Origin: Chiloscyllium plagiosum
Taxonomy: Eukaryota
Length of the DNA: 60,965 nucleotides
Reading direction: 5' to 3'
NCBI RefSeq assembly: GCF_004010195.1
Contig: NC_057759.1
Span: 3,329,878 to 3,390,842, forward strand
Position numbers and translations under genes: made by a program. The notes below the pieces were generated by a model that did not search any database, was not told where the DNA came from, and saw only the letters and a list, made by a program, of their open reading frames with translations. Shown piece by piece: positions 1-11,762 of this stretch (position 1 is the stretch's first letter; every line of letters begins with the position of its first letter).

Positions 1-184
1 GTACCATTGAAAGTACAGTCCTGTACCTCGACACAATACACATTCTCAAACAAGACGATTCCCAATTGGATCCTCCATTTTATTGACTCTGGGGGTGAGG
101 AAAACGTCAGCAACAGGAACTGGAACAAAACAAGACAAAGAGGAAATAAAAGATTGGATGTTGAAATTGTCTTTTTTTTCGCAG

Positions 185-231
185 ATGTTATCTTCTATGA
201 CAGGATAATAACTGACAGAAAGGAGAAATAA
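185..231 (+). CDS. Probable last coding exon of an upstream Ig-superfamily receptor paralogue: (D)VIFYDRIITDRKEK*
   Basis: Polypyrimidine tract plus gcag acceptor ending at 184. The phase-1 frame ends in TAA at 229-231 and contains an ITIM-consensus IFYDRI. It resembles the cytoplasmic exon at 59523 (DIMYSAVQANRKEG). Confidence 0.55.
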
Positions 232-614
232 AACAACTGAGATTTCACGTCATTGTAAAGTCTCCATCTGTTGTAAAATCTACACTTCGAAAGATGTGTG
301 TTAACTATGGATGGTCAAATGGTACATCATCCAACCATTGCCCTCCTGATGTTCAATGGTATTACAACGCAGTCCCCAACCCCTGCAGTGTCAAATCTTG
401 GGGGTTACCGTCACTGTTCCCACCCCCCCACTGTCATCATCCTGCGGGTTACTATCACAGTCCATCCCACCACACTGTCAACATCCTGGGGGTTGCTATC
501 TCTGTCCCCATCCCGCACCCCACTTTGATCATCATCAATGCCAGTCAAAAGCAACCACCTCTTTGTTTTCTAATACCATACTATTGTGTGTACCATACAA
601 TTCTGTTCGTAAGG

Positions 615-945
615 TCACAGAACAGAAATAGGTCCTTCATCCCAACACATCTATGCTGACCAGGTCTCCAAATGGAACTAGTTCATTTGCTTGTGTTTGG
701 CCCATATCCGTCAAAACCTTTCTTATCCATGTATCTTTCCAAATGTCTCTGAAAGGTTGTTACTGTACCCACTTCTACCACTTCCTCTTGCAGCTCATTC
801 CAAATACACACCACCCTCTGTGTGAAAAAGTTACCCCTCAGGTCACTTTTAAATCTTTCCCATCTCACCCTAAACCACTGCCCTCTGGTTTTGGACTCCC
901 TGCCTTGGGGAAAAAGACCTTGGCTACTCACCTTATCCAAGTCCC
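615..945 (-). mobile_element. CR1 LINE 3' fragment
   Basis: ORF 683..985 contains the CR1 ORF2 C-terminus (GLFP..ESKTRG..FFTQRVV..WNEL.EEVVE). Confidence 0.85.
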
Positions 946-2324
946 TATTTCTGCAACAATATACATATGAAACATTAAGGATCACTTAATCTGACTCTAA
1001 CCTTGGATTGGAAGTGCACATCTAAATCGTTCTTCAATGTGATGAGGATTTCTGCCTCTCCTACCCTTACAGGCAGTGAGTTCCAGATTCCCTCCCACCC
1101 TTTGAGTGAAAATGTTTTCCCTCACATCCCCCTCTGAACCTCCTGCCCCTTACCTTCAATCTATGCCCCTCCCCAGTCATTGATTCTTCTTTCAAGGGGG
1201 TGGGGGAGGTTTCTTTCTGTCCACACCTCTCATCATTTTATACATCTCAATCATGTCCTCACACTCTCAATCTGCTCTGCCCTAAGGAAAACAATCTCTC
1301 TCCATCACTGAAACTCTCCAGCCCCCAAGGCAACATCCCGGTAAATCTCCCACTGCATGCTCCCCAGTGCCATCACATTGCTCTGATAATGTTGATTTGT
1401 ATAGAGGTGCTTAACAACTCACTGAAATGGTGATACATTTGCTATTCAGGAGAGACTCTGCCTGCTGGTTAGAAACAGCACAGTGCTAATTGCACGCTTG
1501 ACGTTTGCTGATGTTGATGATTGTGTGTACAGTTCTGCAGTGATTGGAGTATTCCCACTAAATCTCTTCACCACCCTTACAGAAAATATATTCAACTGGG
1601 GTCAAACAGAGTAGTTTAACGAGGTACTGTCTCCCCCCACTACTTTATTTCCAGGAGCGGGCAGTCAGCTCTAGGACTAACACAGGGATGCCCGTGATTA
1701 AAGCAAACTGTTAGGCACTTTTCTAAGGCAGGAGTTGTTGTTGTGTTCAGCAAGAAACAGTACTCTCACCATAGTCTGAGAGAGTTAGAGTCACTGCGTC
1801 AGAGAAAGACACAGGGTCACAGAGAGGTAGGGAGACATAGACACACACAGGGACATAAGAGTTTTAAAGAAACAAAGTCAAACAGAGTCAGAAAGAGGCC
1901 CAAAATCACAGCGTCATCGAGATTAATCGACAGAGTTAAAGCAAGTCATAAACAGTCAAACAGAGAGAGAGATAGAGACACAGAGATACATAGAGAGAGA
2001 GACTTCGCGTTTGTACAAGATCAATCGACCTAGTCAGAGAGTTAAAGCAATGGATAATCAAAGTTACAGAGAGAAATAGATGTAGAGACAGGGAGACGGA
2101 GAGAGACCTCGCGGTTTATACAAGATGCCTCACTGGGAGGGGGGGATCTCTCCTGTCCCCCTCACCCCCACACAGACAGAGAGGTGGGAGTGAACAAGAA
2201 ATTGTGCGGCGGCACATCAAGACCAAAGGCCACTCTCCCGAAGGACGGCTGCCCCGGACTCGAAACGTTGACTCCGCTTTCTCTCTATCTGTCTCTGGAC
2301 AGATGCTGCCAGGCCTGAAGCACA

Positions 2325-3250
2325 AACAAGGTAATGTGGTGACCAGAACTGGACACAGTATTCTAAATGCAGCCGAAGCAATGTCTTGCAGAATTTTAAC
2401 ATGACTGTCAGCTTTTATACTCAATACCCCGTCCAATGAAGGCAAACATACCGTATGCCTTCTTGACCACTCTACCCACCTGTGCAGCAACCTTCAGGGT
2501 ACAATGGACCTGAACTCTCAGATCTCTCTACTCATCAACTTTTCCCAAGGCTCTTCCATTTACTGTATAATTCGCTCTAGAATTAGACTTCCCAAAATGC
2601 ATCACCTCACATTTGCCTGGATTGAACTCCATCTGCAATTTCTCCACCCAACTCTCCAGTCTGTCTATAGTCTCCTGTATACTTTGTCAGTCCCCTGTGC
2701 TTTCTGCTACTCCACCAATCTTCGTGTCATCTGCAAACTTGCTGATCATACCAACAGTGGCCCCAGCACTGATCCCTGTGGAATACCACTGGTCACCTTT
2801 CTCCTTTTCGAGAAACTCCCTTCAACTACTTCTCTCTGTTTCCTGTTGCTCAACCAGTTCTTTATCCACCTAGCTTGAACACCCTGCATACCACGTGACT
2901 TCACTTTCTCTGCTAGTTTACCATGGGGAACCTTATCAAACGCCTTACTAAAGTCCATGTGTATGACATGTACAGTCCTTCATTTATCGAACAACTTGGT
3001 CACTTCCTCAAAGAACTATATTAAGTTGGTAAAGCACGATCTCCCCTGCACAAAAGCATGTTGCCTATCACTGATAAGCCCATTCTTTTCCAAATATAAA
3101 TAGAGTTTATCCTTCAGTACCTTCTCCAGCAACTTTCCCACCATTGACATCAGGCTCACTGGTCTGTAGTTACCCGGAATATCCTTACTACCCTTCTTGT
3201 ACAGGGGGACAACATGAGCAAACCTGCATTCCACTGATGCCTCACCTGTG
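2325..3250 (-). mobile_element. CR1 LINE ORF2 RT part (minus-strand arm of an inverted CR1)
   Basis: Motifs PGNYRPVSL, MDFSKAFDKVPH, PQGSVLGPLL and LEYCVQFWSPHY. Confidence 0.9.
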
Positions 3251-4229
3251 TTTAATTTTCCCAACATTGACTGGGATACACTTAGTGCCAGAGGTCTGGA
3301 TGGGGCAGAATTTGTAAGAAGCGTCCAGGAGAGTTTTCTAGAGCAGTATGTCAATAGTCTGATGAGGGAAGTGGCCATATTGGACCTGGTTTTGGGGAAT
3401 GAGCCAGGCAGGTGGTAGAAGTTGCGGTGGGGGATTTCTTTGGGAACAGTGACCACAATTCTGTAAGTTTTAGAATACTATTAGACAAAGATGAGAGTGG
3501 TCCAAAGGGAAGCGTACTCACCTGGGCCAAGGCCAATTTTACCACAATTAGGCAGGAGCTGTGAAATGGGGATTGGACATAGCTCTTTGAAGGGAAGTCC
3601 ACATTTGATATTTGGGAGGCTTTCAAAGATAGGTTGAAAATAGTGCAGGATAGGCATGTCCCATTGAAAACAGGGGTTCGGGAAAACCAGAATCGTGAAC
3701 CATGGATGACAGGAGAAATCGTATGACTAGCCATGAGGAAAAGGGAAGGATACATAAGGTGCAGGCAGCTAAGAACAGAACGGGCCCTGGAGGAATATCA
3801 GGAGAGTAGGACCATTCTTAAACGAGGAATCAAGCAGGCTAAAAAGGGTCATGACATTGCTTCAGTGAGCAGAATTATGGAGAATCCCTAAGCCTTTTAT
3901 GCTTAAATAAGAAGCAAGCGGGTAACTATAGAAAGGATTGGTCCACTAAAGGATAAGGAAGGAAGGCAGTGTGTCGAACCTGAGAAAATGGGGGAGATTC
4001 TGAATGATTACTTGGCATCAGTGCTCACGGAGGAGAGGAACATGATGACTGTTGAGATTAGAGGTTGAAGCTTGATTACTCTGGATCATGTTGACATAAG
4101 TCGAGAAGATGTGTTAGGTAGGCTAGAAGTTATTAAGGTGGACAAATCCCCAGGACCGGACGGCATTTATCCCAGGTTGCTAGGCGTGGCGAGAGAAGAA
4201 AGACCCTGACGGATATCTTTGTAGCATCA
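3251..4229 (+). mobile_element. CR1 LINE ORF2 endonuclease-to-RT linker (plus-strand arm of an inverted CR1)
   Basis: Runs from FNFPNIDW at 3251 through GNSDHNSV to DKSPGPDGIYPRLL at ~4141-4182. Confidence 0.88.
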
Positions 4230-5783
4230 GGTTTTCTTCCTCCAGACTTTAGGTGGTTATATTAAAGTAAGATTTGAGACGGCCCAGGGAATCCCTTGTG
4301 GCCTCTCTCTTGGTTCGTCCCAGAGATCATACTCTTTGGAAGTCCGGAATAAAAACCTCTGATAAACAGTTTAGTTTAATTTTAGTCATCTCCTTTATTC
4401 ACTATTAGCATCACTATTACAACATAACACTGATACCTAGAAGCTAAACTAACTAGGCCCTAATAACCTAGGAGAGTAGAGTACCAGCTCTTCAAGTGCC
4501 CTAGCAGGTTACTCCGATGTACTGCTACAAACTGGCTTCCTTTATACAATAGTTTACAAAAACATTGCATGTTCTTAATTAGACAGATAACAGTGAAAGA
4601 CAATAATTTGGAAGAAAGCAAATTTAACTGATATATCTGTGTGCGCTTGACTGATCACTCCCACAGGACTTGAGCTATCCATCAGGTGGGAAAAACATAC
4701 CCAGCTGAGTTAGGCATCTGCTGGAGTGATAAGTTCCTATAAAGAAGTACCAGTCTAAATTAAATGGGAGATGTCATAAGGTAACCTTGCACAGCTCGCA
4801 TGTTTGACATCATTGTTTTACAAATTTGCTTCTTAGCGAGGAACGCAAACTTGACCACAGTGACTTCCCAGCAGATTGTGTCAGAATCTCGTCGGTGTTA
4901 GGTTTAGAATAATTTTAGGCTGTGAGCAGATTCCTGCTTTTTATCTTCAGCACAGAATCATTCTGTACCTGAGGCTGAAATGTTACCACAAGGTTGTATT
5001 TAAAATGATTAATTAGTCTCGAATTAACCATACCTTCTTTTCAAGTTTGTGATTCAAATTCAAATAAAACATAAGATCTGACTTGTTAAAATTGACAGTA
5101 GGGCAGTCTGTTAGGTGTGTAGAGTGGTCTGCAAGAACAGTAAGTAAGTTCATTAATATTAGCTTTTGCAGAGTTAGTATTAGTAACTGGTAATGGCTAC
5201 TCAATATTGTCATAGAGTCCCAAAATGCAGTTAAATTCAATCCATAGCAGATAAGCACTAAGAGTTAATTTTCTACAGGCTCCAATACCCTCAGCACTAA
5301 AATGGTCTCCCTCTGTCATGTCCTTTTGAACTCCAGTCAGCAATGTTTTTTTTCTTTCTCTGTGTCCGCCCCGCTTGCAAGGGGTAAAGTGAATCCATTA
5401 TGATTGGCAGCATCCGACCGTTAATTACAAAGATTTTGATAGTACCGTGTTTCATTTCAGAGTCACAATCAAACACTCTCTCATTAATTTCACAAGGGAA
5501 TGGCTGTGAATGTTATGACTTGGTATCCTGTTCACACCGATTCACCAATGCTAAGGCAAATGTTCTTAATTGCCTTACAGCATCCTGTTATCACTTGGTG
5601 AGCCCAGATGTCCCTATCTTCTACGTTCCTCGAGATCCCCCTTTTTCTGAGCCTTCCTGCCTGTCTATTTTTTAGTGCAGTAAATGTGTTCTATAATTCA
5701 GCATTATGTTTTAGTCTAAATGTTTAAAGACAGGTTTTAAGGCTATAGACATTCTTATTTCCTTGTTTTGTCATTTCATGACA
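4230..5783 (-). repeat. ERV 3' LTR (~1.5 kb)
   Basis: Direct-repeat homology of ~4400-5750 with ~10525-12260. Candidate TGTCATG start at 5783 and AATAAA on the minus strand (tttatt 4394-4399). Ends approximate. Confidence 0.75.
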
Positions 5784-5859
5784 ACTACTTAGCTTATATA
5801 AGTATACTTAGTCCATTCAGTCAATTTGTATTCTTAATAAGTCAAGCGCCTTCTCTTGC

Positions 5860-6843
5860 GAGTCATCGTCCGGAGGAGCAGAATCTGAAAAATACTGGAT
5901 TTCAGCATGGAGGTTCAAGCATGGATGTAGAGGGGGAAACATGAGTCAATTAATCAGATTCCTCTTTGGCTTAGGTGAATGGCAATGTACGGTCCATTTC
6001 ATGCATAAGTGGACAGCACTGTATCATCCTAGGATGAAACCAAGGATTATCAGTACATCCCACATGGGATCCATCCTTACAGTGACCATAGGCAGCAAGT
6101 AAAACTCCATCCGTAACTCGGATGATGGTGGGGCAGGTACCTTCCCTGCACCTTGACGCTTTTTGTTGATGACATCTGTGTTGTCCAAAATGTCTTTCAA
6201 GAAATCATCGATGTAGGTGCAACTTTGCAGGCCAATGACTGAACAGGCGTCTCCTTCTTTAGCAAGGAGGAAGTCTAGCACTTGTAGATTCTGAAGCGTC
6301 ATCATCCGAGTCTCCTGTAACTTTTAGTTCACCAGTTTCAAAACATGGGCAGTAGAGTTGGCAAGATTTGTGATATCATATACAAGATTACTTATCTGAT
6401 ATAGGGCCATCTCAACTCCCCAGCCAGGAATAATGCCTCCCAGCAAACTGGACCACCAGGTTTGTTGATGGAAGAAGTTGTCAGTCCCATTTTGTTTTTC
6501 TTCTACTTATTGTTTCAAACTGATTCATCTGCTGGTGGGTGTTCCATTCATCATCTACTTCAGGCATCTCATAGTGGGGGGTGAAAAGTGGTAAGGGCAT
6601 TAGAATGATGGCAGAGTAAGCAGATAACACATGGGTCGGGGGCTTAGCTTGAATAAAGAAAACATTAGTAACAGGAGGAGGATTGGGAGTGCATAGTATT
6701 TTTGGTCTTTCTTCATCTTTCCAGCTTGTCTTGTTAATTACTGTAGCTACTGAATACAGGAAACGTATAAAGGTATTTCTGTCAGTGGCGGTAGGTTGGA
6801 TAGGATAGGATTCCGTCAAGAAGGTATAAGTGGTCAGTCTCAT
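5860..6843 (-). pseudogene. env: ERV env remnant (SU core with internal deletion, cleavage site, TM)
   Basis: SU-start-like NTFIRFLYSVATVINKTSW, basic site SRRKTK, fusion peptide WWSSLLGGIIPGWGV, and immunosuppressive domain LQNLQVLDFLLAKEGDAC...SCTYIDD (degenerate CX6CC). Contains stops and frameshifts. Confidence 0.9.
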
Positions 6844-6995
6844 GGCAATAGGTGCCTTCGGGTTTGGTGATTTCTGTACTATGTGCTTAATACTGCAATC
6901 TGTTACTGCAATCTGTATGGTTCATTTTGAAAAGGGAACAGACAAGCATCTCAAGGTAGCAATTTGCGGTTGACAGAATGGACGAGGTTATGGAA

Positions 6996-7316
6996 TTATG
7001 CTATCTCGATGACTGGCATAAAAGTGTTGCAAGGATGACAATAAGGTCGAGAGTGATGTTTGGATACGCAATGTAAGTAGTTTAAATGAGTTTCAGCTGG
7101 GCAGCTGCATTCATAACTTCCAATGGTATTAGTACAGGTATCATACATACAGTCACATTGGAGTTTTAGCTGGTCTGAGTTATCACAGAAGGGTTGGTTA
7201 CATTTGGGCGCATGTACTTGGGTTGGGCTTTCATCGGATGCCTGTATCAGGACTAACACTAGAACTGTGAGGGGGTTACAAACTTGCAATGTCCTTTTTA
7301 AACCCATGTTGAGCAT
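6996..7316 (-). CDS. ERV signal-peptide plus EGF-like cysteine-rich ORF (env N-terminus or accessory gene)
   Basis: Hydrophobic LTVLVLVLIQAS followed by CNQPFC...CDCMYDTCTNTIGSYECSCPAETHLNYLHC. Matches the EGF Asx-hydroxylation pattern C-x-N-x4-Y-x-C-x-C at 7101-7136. Confidence 0.65.
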   Translation of the reverse strand: MLNMGLKRTLQVCNPLTVLVLVLIQASDESPTQVHAPKCNQPFCDNSDQLKLQCDCMYDTCTNTIGSYECSCPAETHLNYLHCVSKHHSRPYCHPCNTFMPVIEIA

Positions 7317-7399
7317 CCTTCTACATTTACTGCAGTTTCAGTTGTCAGAAGAACTTGATAAGGACTTTTCCAGGGGGTCCCAATTTCCCACAATTAAAG

Positions 7400-8400
7400 T
7401 CTTTCAATAGTATGTAGTCACCAGGGTTAATGTCTTTAAACATTGGAGCTCTTTCTTCTTCCTTCCCTGGTATCTGATAAGCTTACTTGACTTCTTGATG
7501 ATAAGATAGTACACTTGGATCGGCTCAGGCTTGAAGGGCCAAAGGGCCTGTTCCTGGGCTGTAAATTTTCTTTGTTCGTTCTTTGTTCTGAGACTGCCAT
7601 GCTTTTGTTAGCTTAATAAGGTACCTGTGCATCTTTTCTGCCATGAAATGCACATCCACAGGGTGTTGGGCAGTTAATGGTGCAGACCAGGGAGTCCTCA
7701 AGGGCTTTCCATATATTAGTTCAGCTACCGAGAATCTTGTCTTTTTCTGTGTCATGGATCTCATATTAAAAAGGGCGATTTGGAGTACTTGCAGCCAATT
7801 AAGGCCTGCTTCTTCTACCAATTTGCTTAGCTGACATTTTAGGGTACCATTGGCTCTTTCTACAATTCCCACTGCTTGGGGATGGTTGGCACAATGGGAT
7901 TTTTGATTCATATTCAAGCTCTTATAGTTCCTTGTTTAGCTCCACACAGAAGTGGGGGCCATTATCAGAAGAGACAGTTACTGGTATTCCAAATCTGGGT
8001 ATGATTTCCTAAAACAGAATTTTACAAGTAGTTGTTGCTGTGCAGTCAGTACAGGGATAAGCTTCAATCCATTACTAAATACATCGATTATCACTAAACA
8101 ATACTTATAACCATGGCATTTAGCTAACTATAAAATCTAACTGGATAGTATCAAAAGGTGCACTTGGCAAGGGAGTTTCACCTGGTGGATACTTTATTCC
8201 TTTCCCAGATTATACTTTTGATGAATTAGGCAATTTGCAGATACTTGTTTTGCTTTTTCTTGCTGGTGGGAATTCTACCAAGATTGGAGAATTCTGTCCA
8301 CCATTCCCTCCATACCTACATGTGTATGCGTATGAACATAATCAACTAGAATAGGCAAAAGTGAGTAGGGCAGATGTCTGTCCAACCAGTGTAACCCAAA
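7400..8400 (-). pseudogene. pol: ERV pol integrase remnant
   Basis: HTHTHVG zinc-finger part, PFDTIQLDF, LVIIDVFS, IIPRFGIP..SSDNGPHF, and HPQAVGIVERANGTLK (ORF 7525..7917). Confidence 0.92.
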
Positions 8401-8443
8401 GCTTATTATAACTATTCACATAATAACCATGCTTCATCCGTCT

Positions 8444-9400
8444 TTATCTATTCCCATCAGAGGCGTCCCCCTGCTGGGTCCATATTTGCTCTCGGTCTGG
8501 CATGGTTGGGGTGTCAGAAGAGGAAATAGGAGGGTCTCTCTTTAGTTTCCTATTTGTCATTTGAGTATCCATGTCTTTTTGCTCAAGAGCTGCTTTCTTA
8601 GCAGCTGTGTCAACAGCGTTGTTGCCTTTAGTGACTTCGAAAACATCAGAGGAGTAAGCAGAACATTTGATAATTGCCAATTGACAGGGAAATTGAATAG
8701 CAATGAGATTAGCATCATAGGCAGCATTGAGTTTAAGGGTTCCTGATGAGTTAAGGAAGCCGCGCTGCTGCCAAAGTTGAACAAAATTATGGGCACATCC
8801 AAAGGCATAGTGGAAATCAATATAGATGTTAGCTGACTTTCTTTTAGTAAGTATATAGGCACTGGTGAGAGCAAGGAGTTCAGCTTGCTGGGTGGAACAG
8901 GGTGTGTTGACAGAATAAGCTTCTAGTGTCTGGGGAAAAAGTGACAATCGCATATCCTGACAAGCGTTTGCCTTCTGGAGAGATAGAAGAAGAACCACCG
9001 ACATAAAGTGTAAGGTTTGGGTTAATAAGAGCCTGATCGGTAAGATAAAGACGTGGTTTAGTAACAAGGTAATTTATGAGAACACAATCATGGGGAGCAT
9101 CAGGCAGTTTAAGATGTTCTCCCTGTAGGAATGTAACCGGGTTAATGTGAGAGCAGTATTTAAGGAGAGAAGCGTATTCTGAGCTGAGTACGTTTAGAGG
9201 TAAGCAAGAATATTGCAGAATGGAAGGTACAGACTTCTACATTTAGATGTAAAGTTCTATTAGAGGCAGCCAATCCCATAGTATGGATGGCTGGGAGAAT
9301 CTGGGTGCAGTTTTAAAATAATCATGTAGAAACTACATGTCCTTACTACTTTAATGAATTAAATGTGGTACCAGTAGAATGCCACAGGCTGTCTGTAAAT
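8444..9400 (-). pseudogene. pol: ERV pol tether and RNase H remnant
   Basis: QQAELLALTSA, IYIDFHYAFG, LWQQRGFLNSSG, AIIKCSA and GNNAVDTAAK, with upstream PHDC and QPVAFY. No RT core or protease seen. Confidence 0.9.
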
Positions 9401-9499
9401 ACTAATTAGGGGACAGAGTTGTAATTGTCAACCTGTACGGTGGCCTGATCCTTCCAAATGGAATCTTAAATTGTATTAGTTTGAATTTGACTTGCACTT

Positions 9500-10461
9500 C
9501 TGGTTGTTTTAAAGTTGAACTGAAATACTTTTTTTTGAAAAACTAGCAAGGTTTTGGTTCTTTCAGCAGTGCATCATTTTCTTTCACTGTCTGGTTAGAG
9601 TACGAACTGATATTAAAAGCAGCAGTGAGATTTGATCAAAATCTGTGGCCTTAAATTCACTCATCTGTGCAATTGCAAACTCCTAACACACGGTGACAAG
9701 TGATTCATTGGGGAAAGGGCATGGGTCTCAGCACATTGGTCCTCAGAGTAGGGAGGGGGGTTCAGGCGACTTTGTTTTATGAAGTGTGTTCGCCTTGGCT
9801 GTACTGTGGGTGAGTTTTGAGGAGGTCGGCTGACAGGAGGAGAGGCATTAAATATTTCCTTCTCCAAATCAGAATCCCATTCCTCATGCACAGATGGATC
9901 CGGATTCTTTATGGATCTTTGGGAGAGGGGAGGATGAGGTATAAGGAACAGTCTCTGTCTTTCGTCTGGTCCTGCCCTGGCTGCAGCCTGTTCTTATTCT
10001 TATTTCATTTTCATTGGGGCCCCTGACATTTCAGCATTTCTAAATCTTTGCTTTCCTTTTTTTTCTAGCCAATTCCAATTCTGCTTCTAAATCATATGCT
10101 TCACATTTACGTTTTAGTTCTGTCCAATTTAATTCAGATCCTTCCTCAGTTAATGAACTAATTCCCTATTTTAATACAGTTTTGTCTCCATGATGATTTG
10201 CATGGATTTTTCCTATTTTTCCCTAGCTACCTTTTTCTACACTGATATGACTTCTTTCTGCTTACTTCCCTTTTTTCCCCAAATCCTTTGTTCAATTTTA
10301 ATGAGTAGAGTTAAATCATGTGTGCCTCCTAGAGACCAATCCTTGTCTTGTTGAGCAGCTGCAGCCGATATTCCCTTTAATTGTTTCTCATAGTTAGGAT
10401 ACAGACTTATTATTTCCATTTGAGGACATTTGTCTTTCATCTTATCTAGAGTTACACCCAT
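9500..10461 (-). pseudogene. gag: ERV gag N-terminal remnant (matrix and late domain)
   Basis: MG start (myristoylation-type), WSLGGTHD matrix-like motif, and PPPY late domain at ~9748-9760. Capsid and nucleocapsid not recognisable. Confidence 0.75.
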
Positions 10462-10726
10462 ATTTATCCTACCTACTTTAAATCTTCACAAAACTACTGA
10501 TCTACAGGGGCACCAACCCCAATTCACCAATAGCATCACTGTTACAACATAACACTGATACCTATAAACTAAACTAACTAGGCTCTAATAACCTAGGAGA
10601 ATAGGGTACTAGCTCTTCAAATGCTTTAGCAGGCTACTCTGATGTACTGCTACAAAGTGGCTTCCCTGTATACAAAAGTTTGCAAAAACATTGCATGTTC
10701 TTAATTAGACAGATAACAGTGAAAGA

Positions 10727-11000
10727 GTGCAGCAGGTCAGGCAGCATCAAAGGAGCAGGAGAATTGACATTTCGGGCATAAGCCCTTCTTCAGGAACCTA
10801 TAAACTAAACTAACTAGGTTATAATAACCTAGGAGAATAGGGTAGCAGCTCTTCAAATGCTTTAGCAGGCTACTCCGATGTACTGCTTATGCCCGAAATG
10901 TCGATTCTCCTGCTCCTTTGATGCTGCCTGACCTGCTGCGTTTTTCCAGCAACACATTTTCAGCTCTGGTCTCCAGCATCTGCAGTCCTCACTTTCTCCT
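10727..11000. mobile_element. Penelope-like inverted pLTR insertion enclosing a copy of target DNA
   Basis: Inverted gcagcaggtcaggcagcatc...ttcgggcataag arms; agataacagtgaaaga duplicated at 10711-10726 and 11001-11016. Confidence 0.8.
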
Positions 11001-11533
11001 AGATAACAGTGAAAGACAATAATTCATAAGGAAGAAAGGTTAATTGACAGATCTGTGTGCACTTGACTGATCACTCCTACAGGCCTTGAACTAACCATCA
11101 GGTGGGAAAAACATATCCAGTTGAGTTAAGCATCTGCTGGCGAGCTAAGTTCCTATAAAGTACCAGTCTAAATTAAATGAAAGATGTCATAAGGTAACCT
11201 TGCACAGCTCGCATGGCTGATATCATTGTTTTACCAAATGGCTTATTAGCAAGGAGGGCAAACTTTTAACCATAAAATGGCTTCCCGACAGATTGTGTCA
11301 GAATCTCTTCGATGTTAGGTGTAGAGTAATTTTAAGCTGTGAGCAGATTCCTGCTTTTTATCTTAAGCACAGAATCATTCTGCACCTGAGGCAGAAATGT
11401 TACTGCACAGATGTATTTAAAATGATCAATTAGTCTCGAATTAGATGCCTTCTTTTCAAGTTTGCAATTCAAATTCAAATAAAACATAAGATCTGACTAG
11501 TTAAAATTGACAGTAGGGCAGTCTGTAAGGTCT

Positions 11534-11762
11534 AGGCAAAAGTGAGGACTGCAGATGCTGGAAACCAGAGTTTAGATCAGAGTGGTGCTGGAAAAGCACA
11601 GCAGGTCAGGCAGCATCTGAGGAGCAGGAAAATTGACGTTTCGGGCAAAAGCCCTTCATCAGGAATAGAAGTCTATGAAGGGCTTTTGTCCAAAACGTTG
11701 ATTTTCCTGCTCCTCAGATGCTGCCTGACCTGCTGTGCTTTTCCAGCACCACTCTGATCTAA
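11534..11762. mobile_element. Penelope-like inverted pLTR (hairpin) insertion
   Basis: Inverted arms of about 90 bp; TSD agtctgtaaggtct at 11520-11533 and 11763-11776. Confidence 0.85.
11636..11663 (-). ncRNA. Minimal hammerhead ribozyme core (Penelope pLTR)
   Basis: Minus strand reads CCTGATGAAGGGCTTTTGCCCGAAACGTC: CUGAUGA, stem II GGGC/GCCC, GAAAC, GUC. Confidence 0.75.

Noticed and set aside
5013..5258. ORF shared with 11673..11924 as a possible U3 accessory gene
   Set aside because: The similarity follows from both being LTR copies; the frames diverge after ~27 aa and no domain is recognisable.
10498..10516. PBS-like TGGTGCCCC on the minus strand
   Set aside because: Only ~9 nt match a Met-tRNA 3' end. 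It lies ~40 nt from the gag ATG, at what looks like a deletion junction.
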